This document shows, piece after piece, positions 9,212-18,471 of a DNA stretch of 64,000 nucleotides (position 1 is its first letter; each line of letters begins with the position of its first letter). The position numbers were made by a program, and so were the translations under genes. The stretch comes from a virus: positions 7,234 to 71,233 of the IMG/VR virus record IMGVR_UViG_3300019458_000616. One strand, written 5' to 3'. Below the pieces are notes generated by a model. That model ran no database searches and had not been told where the DNA came from. It worked only from the letters and a program-made list of their open reading frames with translations.

Positions 9212-10137
9212 CAGGAGATCTCCACTACACGCGCCAGCCGCCAAGGGCTCGCCGCCAGACCTACGCGGAGTGCCTCCGGGAGAAGCTCGCCTACCTGCGG
9301 CGCGCGGCCGAGAAGGTCGGCGCGGTAGCGGTCTGCACCGGCGACATCTTCCACCGGAAGCACCCCGAGGAGGCGGACATCTCGGACCTGATCCGCGAGC
9401 TCCGCGGGTTCCCTGGCGGCTTCGTCTACTCGGTCCTCGGGAACCACGACACGGACTCGCCGGGTCGCATGGAGGGGACCGCCTACGAGTGCCTCGTCGA
9501 AGCGGGCGTCGTTCGGGACCTCTCGGAGACGGTCGTCCGGCTCGATGGCATGAGCCTCTCGGGCGCGCCGTACATGCCCGAGGGCCGGGCGCGCGAGCTT
9601 TACGCTGGCGTCTGCGCGGACGTCGAGGTCGAGATCCGCGTCACCCACGGCATGCTCGTTCCGGAACAGCGGGAGTACCCGTTCGCGGCGACGCATCCGT
9701 CGGAGATCCCGGGTCGCCGGCCGCGGCTTCTCCTCAACGGCCACAACCACGACCCGTTCGAGATCGACGACGTCGTCAACGTGGGCTCGGTCTGTCGGAT
9801 CTCGCGGCTCGAGGCCGAGAAGCCGCGTCGCTTCCTCTTCGTCCGGGTCGAGGACGGAGAGGTCTCCTGGAAGTCGCTTCCGCTCCCCTGTCGACCTGTC
9901 GAGGAAGCCTTTCGGGACGAGGAGGACCCTCTCGAGGGGTTTGAGGAGGGAGTCGAGCGGGACGAGGCCCGGCGGGAGATCGAGGGGGTCGCGCGCGAGC
10001 TCGCCGGCGACGTCGACCTCCTCTCCATGGAGCCGGAGGAGCTCCTCCGAAGGATGCAGGTGGGGAAGGTGAGCACGCCCGCGGTCGAGGAGGCCTTCCG
10101 CTACCTCGCGCAGGCCCGGGCGGTGGTGGGAGGTTGA
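9187..10137 (+). CDS. SbcD/Mre11-like metallophosphoesterase
   Basis: TGDLH, TGDIFH, VLGNHD, VTHG, NGHNH, NVGS motifs. Confidence 0.88.
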   Translation: MAIVRLLVTGDLHYTRQPPRARRQTYAECLREKLAYLRRAAEKVGAVAVCTGDIFHRKHPEEADISDLIRELRGFPGGFVYSVLGNHDTDSPGRMEGTAYECLVEAGVVRDLSETVVRLDGMSLSGAPYMPEGRARELYAGVCADVEVEIRVTHGMLVPEQREYPFAATHPSEIPGRRPRLLLNGHNHDPFEIDDVVNVGSVCRISRLEAEKPRRFLFVRVEDGEVSWKSLPLPCRPVEEAFRDEEDPLEGFEEGVERDEARREIEGVARELAGDVDLLSMEPEELLRRMQVGKVSTPAVEEAFRYLAQARAVVGG

Positions 10138-10139
10138 CA

Positions 10140-10409
10140 ATGCCGGCGGACAAGAAGGCGGCGATCGTGACGGTCGACCAGTTCAGGGGTCTCCAGGACC
10201 GCGTCGAGCGTGCCGTCAAGGCGCACGCGGAGGCCGAGCGCGACGCGGAGGTGTCGGCACGCGAGCTCGCCCGGTACCGGGAGGAGCTCAAGAAGAACTG
10301 GGGAACGGACGATCCGGACGAGCTCCGGCGCATGGAGGCCGAGCTCCGGAAGGAGGCCGAGGAGAAGGCGGCCGAGGTCGACCGATTGCTGAAGGAGGCG
10401 GGATTCTGA
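10140..10409 (+). CDS. Small coiled-coil protein
   Basis: Glu/Arg/Ala heptad-rich; SD GGAGG upstream. Confidence 0.6.
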   Translation: MPADKKAAIVTVDQFRGLQDRVERAVKAHAEAERDAEVSARELARYREELKKNWGTDDPDELRRMEAELRKEAEEKAAEVDRLLKEAGF

Positions 10410-10777
10410 TGGGCGACCAGCCTTCCGAGGCGATGCGCCGCGAGCTCGAGGAGATGGACGAGATCGCCGCGCATTGCCGCCGTCACGCCTCTCTGCGCGG
10501 GGTGACCATCGTGCTCCGGAGCTACGAGACGGGGCGGCTCCTGCGGGTTCTCATCGCCCTCTTGCCCGAGACGGACCCGCGACCGCGTCCGATCTCCATC
10601 CAGCGCCGGGACGAGGAGTACCGATGGCGTCATTGGCTCGACGCGGAGTGGGATCGTGGTGTCCTCGGGCGCGTCCGAGACCATCACGGTCCCCCGATCC
10701 TGAGCGATGACGACCGAGAGGACCTGGACGCGGTCGTCGAGCGACTCCGGCAGGGCGTCGTCGACGAGGAGCCGTGA
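10409..10777 (+). CDS. Hypothetical protein
   Basis: Overlaps the flanking stop and start codons. Confidence 0.5.
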   Translation: MGDQPSEAMRRELEEMDEIAAHCRRHASLRGVTIVLRSYETGRLLRVLIALLPETDPRPRPISIQRRDEEYRWRHWLDAEWDRGVLGRVRDHHGPPILSDDDREDLDAVVERLRQGVVDEEP

Positions 10778-11043
10778 ACCCTTCCGTCCGTTGTCGGGAT
10801 TGCCGCAGGCGGCCGGCGTTGTGCCGATTCGGGATCGAGGTCCGGTCCCTCGTGAAGCGCCGGATCCGGCTCTGCGACCGCTGCGCCCGATCGATCGTCG
10901 AGACGCTCCAAGAGCTCGCGCTCGTGTACGCGGCGTTCCCGGTCCGCAGGGGACGGAAGATGCAACTCCGACGAGCGGACACGATGGCGAGACGGCCCCT
11001 TGCCGGCAACAGGAGGGTCTATGCCCGCCTCATCCACGCCTGA
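10774..11043 (+). CDS. Small zinc-finger-like protein
   Basis: CRDC..C..CDRC. Confidence 0.45.
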   Translation: MNPSVRCRDCRRRPALCRFGIEVRSLVKRRIRLCDRCARSIVETLQELALVYAAFPVRRGRKMQLRRADTMARRPLAGNRRVYARLIHA

Positions 11044-11878
11044 GCTTGTCGACCGGCTTCGGCGGCTCGAGCGTGCCGAAGTCGCCGAGGAGGCCGAGCT
11101 CCGGCGGATCGTCCGAGAGCGCGCCGAGGCCCGAGAGCGCGCGGAGGACGCTCGGATCGCCGCCCGCCTCGCCGCCGACGCGAAGGCCGTCCTCCTCGGC
11201 CTCGCGGCGGCGAAGCAGGCCGAGGTCGGCGCCCGCGTCGAGGGACTCGTCACGCGCGCCCTCCGCGCGGTGTTCCGGCGGCGTGACTACCGCTTCCGCT
11301 TCCTCTGGGAGGAGAAGCGCGGGGTCGCCGCGGCGACGCCCCTCCTCACGACGGTTCACGGCGGCGAGGAGGTGGAGACGGAGCTCGTTGACGGGCATGG
11401 CGGCGGGGTCGTCGACGTCGTCGCCTTCGTCCTCAGGTTCGTCGTCGCCCGCCATTCCCGTCCGCCCCTCGCGCGGCTCATCGTAGCCGACGAGCCGTTC
11501 CGGCATGTCGCGGCCGAGCACGCCGACGGGCTCGGCGAGCTCCTTGCCTCTCTCGCCGGCCAGGGCTGGCAGTTCCTCATCGTGACCCACCAGCGGGCCC
11601 TTGCCGAGCGCGCGGACCGTGCCTACCGCGTCCGGCTCGGGGAGGACGGGCGCTCGATCGTCGAGCGCGTCGGGACGGAGGAGTCGGCGCCGGGCGAGGC
11701 GTCGGGGGAGGGCGACATGGTCGTGAGGTGTCTCGAATGCGGGGCCGAGGGGGCGAAGTCTCCGGGCCCGTTCGGAGGACTCTCCCTCTGTGCGGAGTGC
11801 AAGGCGAAGCGGGAAGCCGGGAAGGCTCCGGAGAAGAAGGTCCCGAAGCGGAAGCGGGTTGTCGAGGATGGGCGTTAA
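11021..11878 (+). CDS. SbcC/Rad50-like ATPase, C-terminal half, with Zn-ribbon tail
   Basis: Signature-like GHGGG, Walker B LIVADEPF, H-loop IVTHQ; CLEC..CAEC tail; SD AGGAGG. Confidence 0.85.
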   Translation: MPASSTPELVDRLRRLERAEVAEEAELRRIVRERAEARERAEDARIAARLAADAKAVLLGLAAAKQAEVGARVEGLVTRALRAVFRRRDYRFRFLWEEKRGVAAATPLLTTVHGGEEVETELVDGHGGGVVDVVAFVLRFVVARHSRPPLARLIVADEPFRHVAAEHADGLGELLASLAGQGWQFLIVTHQRALAERADRAYRVRLGEDGRSIVERVGTEESAPGEASGEGDMVVRCLECGAEGAKSPGPFGGLSLCAECKAKREAGKAPEKKVPKRKRVVEDGR

Positions 11879-11889
11879 GGGCACTTAAC
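11874..11889. promoter_or_regulatory. Palindrome copy 2 GTTAAG-GGCA-CTTAAC
   Basis: Contains the SbcC-C stop; immediately upstream of the QueC-like gene. Confidence 0.85.
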
Positions 11890-11891
11890 CA

Positions 11892-12617
11892 ATGGAGGTC
11901 GAGGACGTGAACGGAGCGCGGCGGGTCGTGGTCCTCCTCTCGGGCGGCTACAAGAGTGCGACGCTCGCCTTCGAGCGCCGAAAGGCGGGGGATGACGTCC
12001 TCCTCCTCACGTTCGACTACGGGCAGCGATGCCGCGAGGCGGAGCTCGCGGCCGCGAAGGACGTCGCGGCACTCCTCGAGTCGGACCATGTCGTGGTCCC
12101 CTTCGATCTCCTCACGCGGATCGCCTCGCTCCGGACGAAGGACGACCGCTGGACGTTTCTCGACCCCGAGCTCGAGGCGAGCCGGGTCCGTCAGGACGTT
12201 CTCCCGGCCTTCCCGCTCCTCGCGATCGCCGCGGTCGCCTGGGCCGACTCCGCGCGTCGCGCGTCCGTCTACCTCGGATCGCGCGTCGGCGAGTCGCCCG
12301 TCAACCACTCGCCGCTCGGGGTCAACCTCATGCACTCGATCGCGAGGACCTCGCTCGCCTCGGGTGTCGACGTCATCGCTCCGTACATCCAGACGATCCC
12401 CGGCGAGATCGTCGAGAAGGCCCGACAGGTCGGGGCCTACCCCCACCTCCGCGTGACGCACTCGTGCTACGGGCCGCGTCGCGGCGGCTGCGGCGTCTGC
12501 GAGGGCTGCAAGTGGCGGGCGACGTCCTTCAAGCGGGCCACTCTTCCCGATCCGCTCTCGGCGGACGAGAAGGCGGTCGCGGCGGCGACGGAGCCGAAGC
12601 CGGCGAAGAAGCGGTGA
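11892..12617 (+). CDS. QueC-like PP-loop protein (degenerate)
   Basis: VVLLSGGYKS, TFDYGQR..ELAAAK, HSCY......CGVCEGC..R; true start may be GTG 11907. Confidence 0.75.
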   Translation: MEVEDVNGARRVVVLLSGGYKSATLAFERRKAGDDVLLLTFDYGQRCREAELAAAKDVAALLESDHVVVPFDLLTRIASLRTKDDRWTFLDPELEASRVRQDVLPAFPLLAIAAVAWADSARRASVYLGSRVGESPVNHSPLGVNLMHSIARTSLASGVDVIAPYIQTIPGEIVEKARQVGAYPHLRVTHSCYGPRRGGCGVCEGCKWRATSFKRATLPDPLSADEKAVAAATEPKPAKKR

Positions 12618-13321
12618 GCCCGACACCGTACTTCCTGGATCTCGCTCGAGAGCTCGAGCGTCTCGGTCCGGTCGAGCCGGGCGTCGAGACGATCCGGGCA
12701 GCCGGACGAGGGAATCGCGACGCGCTCGGCGATCTCGTCGTCCTTTCGTTCCCGTTGATCGTCTTCTACCTCCGCGAGCACCCGGAGTGGAGGAAGGGGG
12801 CGGACCCCGAGGATGTCCTCGCGACCGCCGTCGCGGACGTCCGGCACGCCGCGAGAACCTACGATCCCGACAAGGGGGCGTGGCCGACCCATCTCTTCGC
12901 CTACGTCCGGAGAGCCGCGCAGGGGGAGGGACGGAGGAGCGCGTCGATCCGCCTGCCGGACTGGCTCTGGGAGCGGCTCGAGCGGGGCGGGCGGCGAGCT
13001 CGGCGTGAGGTCCACCAGCTCCAGAAGACGGCGACGCGGGCGCTCTGCGTCGCGCGAATGGGTGATTGGAAGGCCCTTCAGATCGCCTCGACCCGGGAGA
13101 CCTGGCCGGACTCCGTTGTGGAGGCACACGATTGTCGAGAGGTCGTTCGCAACCGGATCGCGAAACTCCCCGAACCGCAAAGGCGGGTCCTCGAGCTTCG
13201 GTACGGGATCGGGAGCGGGACTCCCCTCTCCCTGCGGGAGACGGCGTCGCGGACGCGGCTGACGCCGATCGAGGTCCGGATGATCGAGAGCCAGGCGCTC
13301 CGGGCCCTCGGAGCGGCGTAG
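12614..13321 (+). CDS. Sigma-70 family factor (regions 2 and 4)
   Basis: YDPDKGAWPTH..IRLP; LPEPQRRVLELRYGI..LSLRETA..VRMIESQALRAL. Confidence 0.82.
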   Translation: MSPTPYFLDLARELERLGPVEPGVETIRAAGRGNRDALGDLVVLSFPLIVFYLREHPEWRKGADPEDVLATAVADVRHAARTYDPDKGAWPTHLFAYVRRAAQGEGRRSASIRLPDWLWERLERGGRRARREVHQLQKTATRALCVARMGDWKALQIASTRETWPDSVVEAHDCREVVRNRIAKLPEPQRRVLELRYGIGSGTPLSLRETASRTRLTPIEVRMIESQALRALGAA

Positions 13322-13377
13322 ACGAGAAGCCATTCTCCTATCCGCCCCGGAAGAGGCCCCACGCCGGCAAGGCCGAG

Positions 13378-13899
13378 ATGGAGGAACGCCTCCGCCTCGT
13401 CGAGCTTATGCTCTACCGCGGCACGACCTGGGCGGACATGTACCGGGTCGCCAAGGAGAAGTGGGGGGCGGGGCACGGGCACCTCGAGAAGCTCATCCGC
13501 CGGGTCGAGGCCCGCTGGCGGAAGAAGTGGGAGCGCGACCCCGAGCGACTCGAGGCGCGACGAGAGGGGTTCGAGAGCCTCCTCGCCGCCCGGCGGAGCT
13601 GTCATGAGGTCCTCGCCGACCGGTCGACGAAGCCGAGGGAGCGCGTCGCCGCCGCCTCCGCCCTCGCGCGGGTAGAGCTCTCCCTCGCGAAGATCGGCGG
13701 CTACTACGACCCGGACGTCCTCGCCGTTCCTCCGCCGCCGGCGGACGGGAACGAGGGGACGACGCAGCCCGTCGCCGGCGTCGCGGTCGTCGTCGCCTCC
13801 CAGGTCGCCCTCGTCGAGTACATGGGCGTCGTCGTCAGGGAGGCGGAGGGCCGTGTCCTCCAGGCCCCGAGTGCTCCCGTCGAGGCGTCCTCCTCGTGA
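13378..13899 (+). CDS. Probable terminase small subunit
   Basis: N-terminal HTH-like helices, helical core; coupled by GTGA to the TerL ATPase gene. Confidence 0.55.
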   Translation: MEERLRLVELMLYRGTTWADMYRVAKEKWGAGHGHLEKLIRRVEARWRKKWERDPERLEARREGFESLLAARRSCHEVLADRSTKPRERVAAASALARVELSLAKIGGYYDPDVLAVPPPPADGNEGTTQPVAGVAVVVASQVALVEYMGVVVREAEGRVLQAPSAPVEASSS

Positions 13900-14672
13900 T
13901 CGCCCGCCCCGAGCTCGTCGACTTCGTCGCGTTCGCGAGCGCGATCCTCAAGGACGAGTCCCGGCGCCCGCTTCGGCTCGCCGCGCCGCACCTCTCGTGG
14001 ATCCTCCACATCGGCTACTGCTGGGAGCGCGAGCTCGGGGCCCTCATCAATGCGCCGATGGGTCACGGCAAGACGACGCTCTTCTCCGTCGGGTTCCCGC
14101 TCTACCTCCTCGGCCAGGACACGAATCGTCGGATCAAGCTCATCTCGGCAACGGACCCGCTCGCCGCCGACCGCGTCGCTGGCGTCCGGGACTACATCGA
14201 CGGCGATGCGGACTTCCGGACCGCGTGCTCGCATGTTCGACCGTCGATGCTCGACCGCGTCCAGGCGCGGCGGGGCTGGGCTCGCCACAAGCTCCATCTC
14301 CACCGGACGGGCCGGTCGATCGAGGCCTCGCTCGAGGCGCGCGGGATCCTCTCGACCGGCGTAGGGGGGCGCTGCGAGTACGTGGGCTTCGACGACCCCG
14401 TCGACGAGCGCAACGCGGCGAGCGAGGTCATGCGGAAGCGGGTCATCGACGCCTTCGACAAGCTCTGGATGACGCGCCTCGAGCCGTGGGGCCGCTGGTG
14501 GATGATCTCGACGCCCTGGCACCAGGACGACCTGAACCACCATCTCCGGCGGAAGCCGACGGTCTGCACTCTGATCGAGCGGGTCTCCGACGACTACGCG
14601 CACCTCGACTTCGAGATCGTCAACGCGGTCGACGACCGGCATCCGCTCATGCGGTGGCGGGCCGCGGCATGA
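13896..14672 (+). CDS. Terminase large subunit, ATPase domain only
   Basis: Walker A APMGHGKTT, Walker B YVGFDDP, motif III ISTPWHQDDL; stops at 258 aa. Confidence 0.85.
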   Translation: MIARPELVDFVAFASAILKDESRRPLRLAAPHLSWILHIGYCWERELGALINAPMGHGKTTLFSVGFPLYLLGQDTNRRIKLISATDPLAADRVAGVRDYIDGDADFRTACSHVRPSMLDRVQARRGWARHKLHLHRTGRSIEASLEARGILSTGVGGRCEYVGFDDPVDERNAASEVMRKRVIDAFDKLWMTRLEPWGRWWMISTPWHQDDLNHHLRRKPTVCTLIERVSDDYAHLDFEIVNAVDDRHPLMRWRAAA

Positions 14673-16180
14673 CCGAGGAGGGACGGATGACTCGGGCGAC
14701 CCGGAAGAGGCGTGGGATGGTCCCGCCGATGCCGCGCGAGGGGGACCCGGCGGCCGAGTGGGTGTCGCTCGCGACCATCCACCCGTGGGAGCGGAACCCC
14801 CGCGTCATCCCCGATCGGTTGATCGAGAAGCTCGCGGAGACGATCCGGAAGCTCGGGTGGGGGCCTCCGATCGTCGCCCGCGCGTCCGATCGGAGGATCG
14901 TCGCCGGCCACGCGCGGCGGCTCGCGGCCATGAAGCTCGGGCTCGAGCTCGTCCCGGTCCGCTTCGTCGACCTCGACGACGATCGGGCGGCGGCGATGGC
15001 GCTCGCCGACAACCGTCTCGGCGAGGAGGCGGCGTGGAGCGAGGACGACCTCGCGGCTGTCTTGCGGGGGATCGAGGATGAGCCCCTTCGACTCCTTGCG
15101 GGCTTCGAGGCCGACGAGCTCGACGACCTCCTCAACGAGGGGGGAGGTCCCGACGGGGCGAATGCTCCGAGCCTCGCCGAGCGCTTCCTCGTGCCCCCCT
15201 TCTCGGTGCTGGACGCGCGGCAGGGTTACTGGCAAGAGCGGAAGCGCGCCTGGATCGGGCTGGGGATCAAGTCGGAGCTCGGTCGCGCGTATGCGGTCCC
15301 GCCCGGCGGTAGTCCCCGTCCCGCCGCGAAGCTCGGGCGGGACGGGAAGACGGTTCGAGGCGATGGCTCGGGGCGTCCCCTCAATCTCAAGACCTGGAAC
15401 GGCGTGGGGCAGGAGGACCCGGTCTCGCAGAAGATCGAAGCGGCGGGCGTCTGCAGCGTCTTCGATCCGGTTCTCTGCGAGATCGTCTATCGATGGTTCG
15501 CGCCGCCGGCCGGACGCGTCCTCGATCCGCTCGCCGGCGGGAGCGTCCGCGGCCTCGTCGCTTCGCGGCTTGGCCGAGCCTACGTCGGAGTCGAGCTCCG
15601 CCCCGAGCAGGTTGCCGCGAATCGCGAGCAGGGAGAGAGGATCGCGCGTTCGGCGGACCCCGCCCCCGTCTGGATCGAGGGCGATGCTCGTGACGTAACC
15701 GTTCTGGCGGCCGAGCGCGCCCCCTTCGACCTCCTGTTCTCCTGTCCGCCCTACGCCGACCTCGAGCAGTACAGCGATGATCCCCGCGACCTCTCGGTCC
15801 TCGAGTATCCGGCCTTCCTCGCCGCGTATGGCGCGATCATCCGCGAGTCCGTCGCGCTCCTTGCCCCCGATCGCTTCGCGGTGTTCGTCGTCGGAGAGGT
15901 CCGGGAGCCCAAGGCCGGCGGCGCCTATCGCGGCTTCGTCCTCGACACGATCCGCGCCTTCGAGCAAGCCGGCGCGCGCTTCTACAACGAGGCCGTCCTC
16001 GTGACCATGTGCGGGTCGGTCTCCATCCGCGCGGGCCGGCAGTTCGCGACGTCGCGCAAGCTCGGGAAGACGCACCAGAATGTCCTCGTCTTCTGTAAGG
16101 GAAGCCCGACGCGGGCGACGCGAGCCTGCGAGCCCGTGGTCGTCGGCGACCTCACCGAGGCCTTCCGAGACGCGGTCTGA
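14669..16180 (+). CDS. ParB-N domain / DNA methyltransferase fusion
   Basis: ERNPR..GWGPPIV..IVAGHARRLAA..LADNRLGE; VLDPLAGGSVRG, GVELR, FSCPPY. Confidence 0.86.
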   Translation: MTEEGRMTRATRKRRGMVPPMPREGDPAAEWVSLATIHPWERNPRVIPDRLIEKLAETIRKLGWGPPIVARASDRRIVAGHARRLAAMKLGLELVPVRFVDLDDDRAAAMALADNRLGEEAAWSEDDLAAVLRGIEDEPLRLLAGFEADELDDLLNEGGGPDGANAPSLAERFLVPPFSVLDARQGYWQERKRAWIGLGIKSELGRAYAVPPGGSPRPAAKLGRDGKTVRGDGSGRPLNLKTWNGVGQEDPVSQKIEAAGVCSVFDPVLCEIVYRWFAPPAGRVLDPLAGGSVRGLVASRLGRAYVGVELRPEQVAANREQGERIARSADPAPVWIEGDARDVTVLAAERAPFDLLFSCPPYADLEQYSDDPRDLSVLEYPAFLAAYGAIIRESVALLAPDRFAVFVVGEVREPKAGGAYRGFVLDTIRAFEQAGARFYNEAVLVTMCGSVSIRAGRQFATSRKLGKTHQNVLVFCKGSPTRATRACEPVVVGDLTEAFRDAV

Positions 16181-16231
16181 AGCCATCCGCGGGGAAGCCT
16201 CCCGAAGGGAGGCGTCGATGCCTCCCGGCGA

Positions 16232-16247
16232 GTTAAGGGGACTTAAC
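16232..16247. promoter_or_regulatory. Palindrome copy 3 GTTAAG-GGGA-CTTAAC
   Basis: 12 bp before ATG 16260; preceded by hairpin GCCTCCC-GAA-GGGAGGC. Confidence 0.85.
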
Positions 16248-16259
16248 GTGCCGGAGAGC

Positions 16260-16442
16260 ATGACGGACGCGGAGATCCGGGCCGAGATCGAGCGACTCGA
16301 CGCGGACTCGGACTTCGACGTCGACGACTACGAGGCCGACTTCATCGACGGCGTCCTGAGTCGCGGCCGGTCGAGTTTCACGCCGAAGCAGCGGGACTTC
16401 GCGATCAGGCTCATCGACAAGTGGCGGCGCCGGCGGACGTGA
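16260..16442 (+). CDS. Small acidic hypothetical protein
   Basis: GGAG upstream; GTGA-coupled to the primase gene. Confidence 0.6.
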   Translation: MTDAEIRAEIERLDADSDFDVDDYEADFIDGVLSRGRSSFTPKQRDFAIRLIDKWRRRRT

Positions 16443-17380
16443 ACGGCGAGCGCCGCCTCGGCGCGCTCGCATCCGCGGCGTCCCTCTTCCGCGAGCTCCT
16501 CGTCTCCCCCCCGGGACGGCAAGCCCGGACCTATCTCGACGGTCGCGGGATCGGCGCCGGCCCCGAGTGCGACGCCTACCTCCTTGGCTATGCGCCGGAG
16601 AGGCCCGTCCTCCTCGAGCGGCTCCGGTCCGAGGGATTCCTCCCCGACGACGTCGTCGATGCCGGCCTCGCGAAGCGGCGCGACGACGGGAAGCTTGTCG
16701 TCCGGTTCCGTAACCGGATCGCCTTCCCCGTCCGGGACCTCGACGGTGCGGTGGTCGGCTTCTCCTGCCGGGCGCTCGATGACGAGCGACGGCCGAAGTA
16801 CCTCAACGGCCCCGAGACGCCGCTCTTCCGGAAGCGGTCCCTCCTCTACGGGCTCTTCGAGCTCCTCGCCGCGACCGGCCGTCCCGACGTCGCCGTGATC
16901 GTCGAGGGCCAGATGGACGTCCTCGCCCTTCGCCGCGTCGGCTGCGGAGCGGTCTCGCCCCTTGGAACCGCGTTCTCGGGGCCGCACGCTCGAATCCTCG
17001 CACGCTACTTCCGCGACGTCGTCTTCCTCTTCGACGCCGACGAGGCCGGCGAGGCGGCCGCCCGGCGCGCCCTTCTCGAGGTTGCCTGGGCGGGTCGGCG
17101 GCTCTTCACGTCCCTCCGGGTCGCGACGCTCGACGAAGGCTCCGACGACCCCGCCGCCGTCGTCCTCGCGAAGGGCCCGAGGCCGATCGAGGTCGCTCTC
17201 CGGGAGGCTCGGGACTTCGCGGGGGTCTTCTCGTCGACGCGCGAGGGGTTCGGAGACGCCTGCGCCGTCGCCCTCGCCCTCGGCGACGCCGACGAAGCGG
17301 CGGAGCTCGTCGCGGACGCCCACGGCGTCTCGGTCGAAGTCGCGCGCCGCGGGATGCGGAAGATTGCCGCCTCGGCCTGA
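16439..17380 (+). CDS. DnaG primase catalytic core/TOPRIM lacking the zinc-binding domain
   Basis: RFRNRIAFPVRD..GAVVGFSCR..PKYLNGPETPLF; VIVEGQMDV, LGTA, FLFDADEAG. Confidence 0.88.
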   Translation: MNGERRLGALASAASLFRELLVSPPGRQARTYLDGRGIGAGPECDAYLLGYAPERPVLLERLRSEGFLPDDVVDAGLAKRRDDGKLVVRFRNRIAFPVRDLDGAVVGFSCRALDDERRPKYLNGPETPLFRKRSLLYGLFELLAATGRPDVAVIVEGQMDVLALRRVGCGAVSPLGTAFSGPHARILARYFRDVVFLFDADEAGEAAARRALLEVAWAGRRLFTSLRVATLDEGSDDPAAVVLAKGPRPIEVALREARDFAGVFSSTREGFGDACAVALALGDADEAAELVADAHGVSVEVARRGMRKIAASA

Positions 17381-17399
17381 TCCCCGGAAGGCTCCGGAC

Positions 17400-17699
17400 A
17401 TGAAGGCGAAGCGAGCCCGGCGAGCGGGGAGCGAGGACGATCTCCTCGCCGCGCTCGAGGCGGACGTCGGCGAGCAAGAGCGTGCGAGGCGTCCCTTCCC
17501 CGGCCCGAGGGGCGGCGAGGCGCTCGTCGCGGTCGCGCGCGAGAGGCTCGCGATCCCGTTCGCCGAGTACCCGGACACGGTCTTCGAGTGGCGTGACGGG
17601 GTCTGGACGATTCGCGAGCCCATGAGCGGGAGAACCTGGGAGGTCCTCATGGGGCCGGCCGGGGAGCCGGTCTTCGATCTCGTCGATGGGGAGGAGTGA
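17400..17699 (+). CDS. Hypothetical protein
   Basis: ATG start; coupled to the next gene. Confidence 0.5.
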   Translation: MKAKRARRAGSEDDLLAALEADVGEQERARRPFPGPRGGEALVAVARERLAIPFAEYPDTVFEWRDGVWTIREPMSGRTWEVLMGPAGEPVFDLVDGEE

Positions 17700-18127
17700 C
17701 GATGATCATGCACCCCGTCAAGAGCACGAACGTCCGATCGGTGGGCTACGACGGAGCTCGCCGGACGCTCCGGATCCTCTTCCAGAACGGGGCCCTCTAC
17801 GAGTACGCGGGCGTCGCGTTCGAGGTCTACGACGCGCTTCTCGATGCGCCGAGCAAGGGACGGTTCGTCCACGACCACGTCAAGGACCGTTACCCCCATC
17901 GGAAGGTAGATCCCGAGGCCGAGAAGGACGAGCCCGTCGCCTGCATGGACGCGATGTGCCCGAGGTGCAGGAAGCGCTTCGGGTGGCGCGGCCGCGTCGT
18001 CGATCGGCCTCCCTGCCCGGGCTGCGGGCACCAGATCGCGCGCGAGATCCTCGAGCGCGATCAGGCGGAGATCGACCGTTTCTTCGCTGAGCTGGACGCG
18101 GAGAACCGCAAGGCGGCGGACCGATGA
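17696..18127 (+). CDS. KTSC domain protein with C-terminal Zn ribbon
   Basis: VKSTNVRSVGYD..TLRILFQNGALYEY..V..EVYDALLDAPSKGRF; CPRC..CPGC. Confidence 0.8.
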   Translation: MTMIMHPVKSTNVRSVGYDGARRTLRILFQNGALYEYAGVAFEVYDALLDAPSKGRFVHDHVKDRYPHRKVDPEAEKDEPVACMDAMCPRCRKRFGWRGRVVDRPPCPGCGHQIAREILERDQAEIDRFFAELDAENRKAADR

Positions 18128-18471
18128 GGATCGGAGGGGACGGGCCGCCGCTGCATGTCTCCGCTCGGTGCGGGCGCTCGGACTGTCCGGGCCTCTTCGT
18201 CCCTCCGGAGTTCTTGCCGCGACCGACCCGGTACCGCGTCCGGATCGTCGTCCCCGTCGTCGGCCTCGCCGACCGCCGCGTCGAGATCGAGACGGGGCTC
18301 CCGCTCTGCGATCTCTGCGCGCCGAAGGCGCCGCATCAGGTCCAGGAAATCCTCGACGCCTTCCGGGTCGTGTACGACGTCGCGAAGCGATTCCAGGTCC
18401 CCGCCGGCTTCTCGCCCTCAGAGTCCCTGGCGCGGGTCGAGCTCGTCCCCGTCTTCGGGGGCGGGTCGTGA
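18124..18471 (+). CDS. Hypothetical zinc-binding protein
   Basis: CGRSDC..CDLC; ATGA overlap. Confidence 0.5.
   Translation: MRIGGDGPPLHVSARCGRSDCPGLFVPPEFLPRPTRYRVRIVVPVVGLADRRVEIETGLPLCDLCAPKAPHQVQEILDAFRVVYDVAKRFQVPAGFSPSESLARVELVPVFGGGS

Noticed and set aside
11892-12617. Complete 7-deazaguanine DNA modification pathway
   Set aside because: Only a degenerate QueC is present; no folE, queD, queE or dpdA seen in the window
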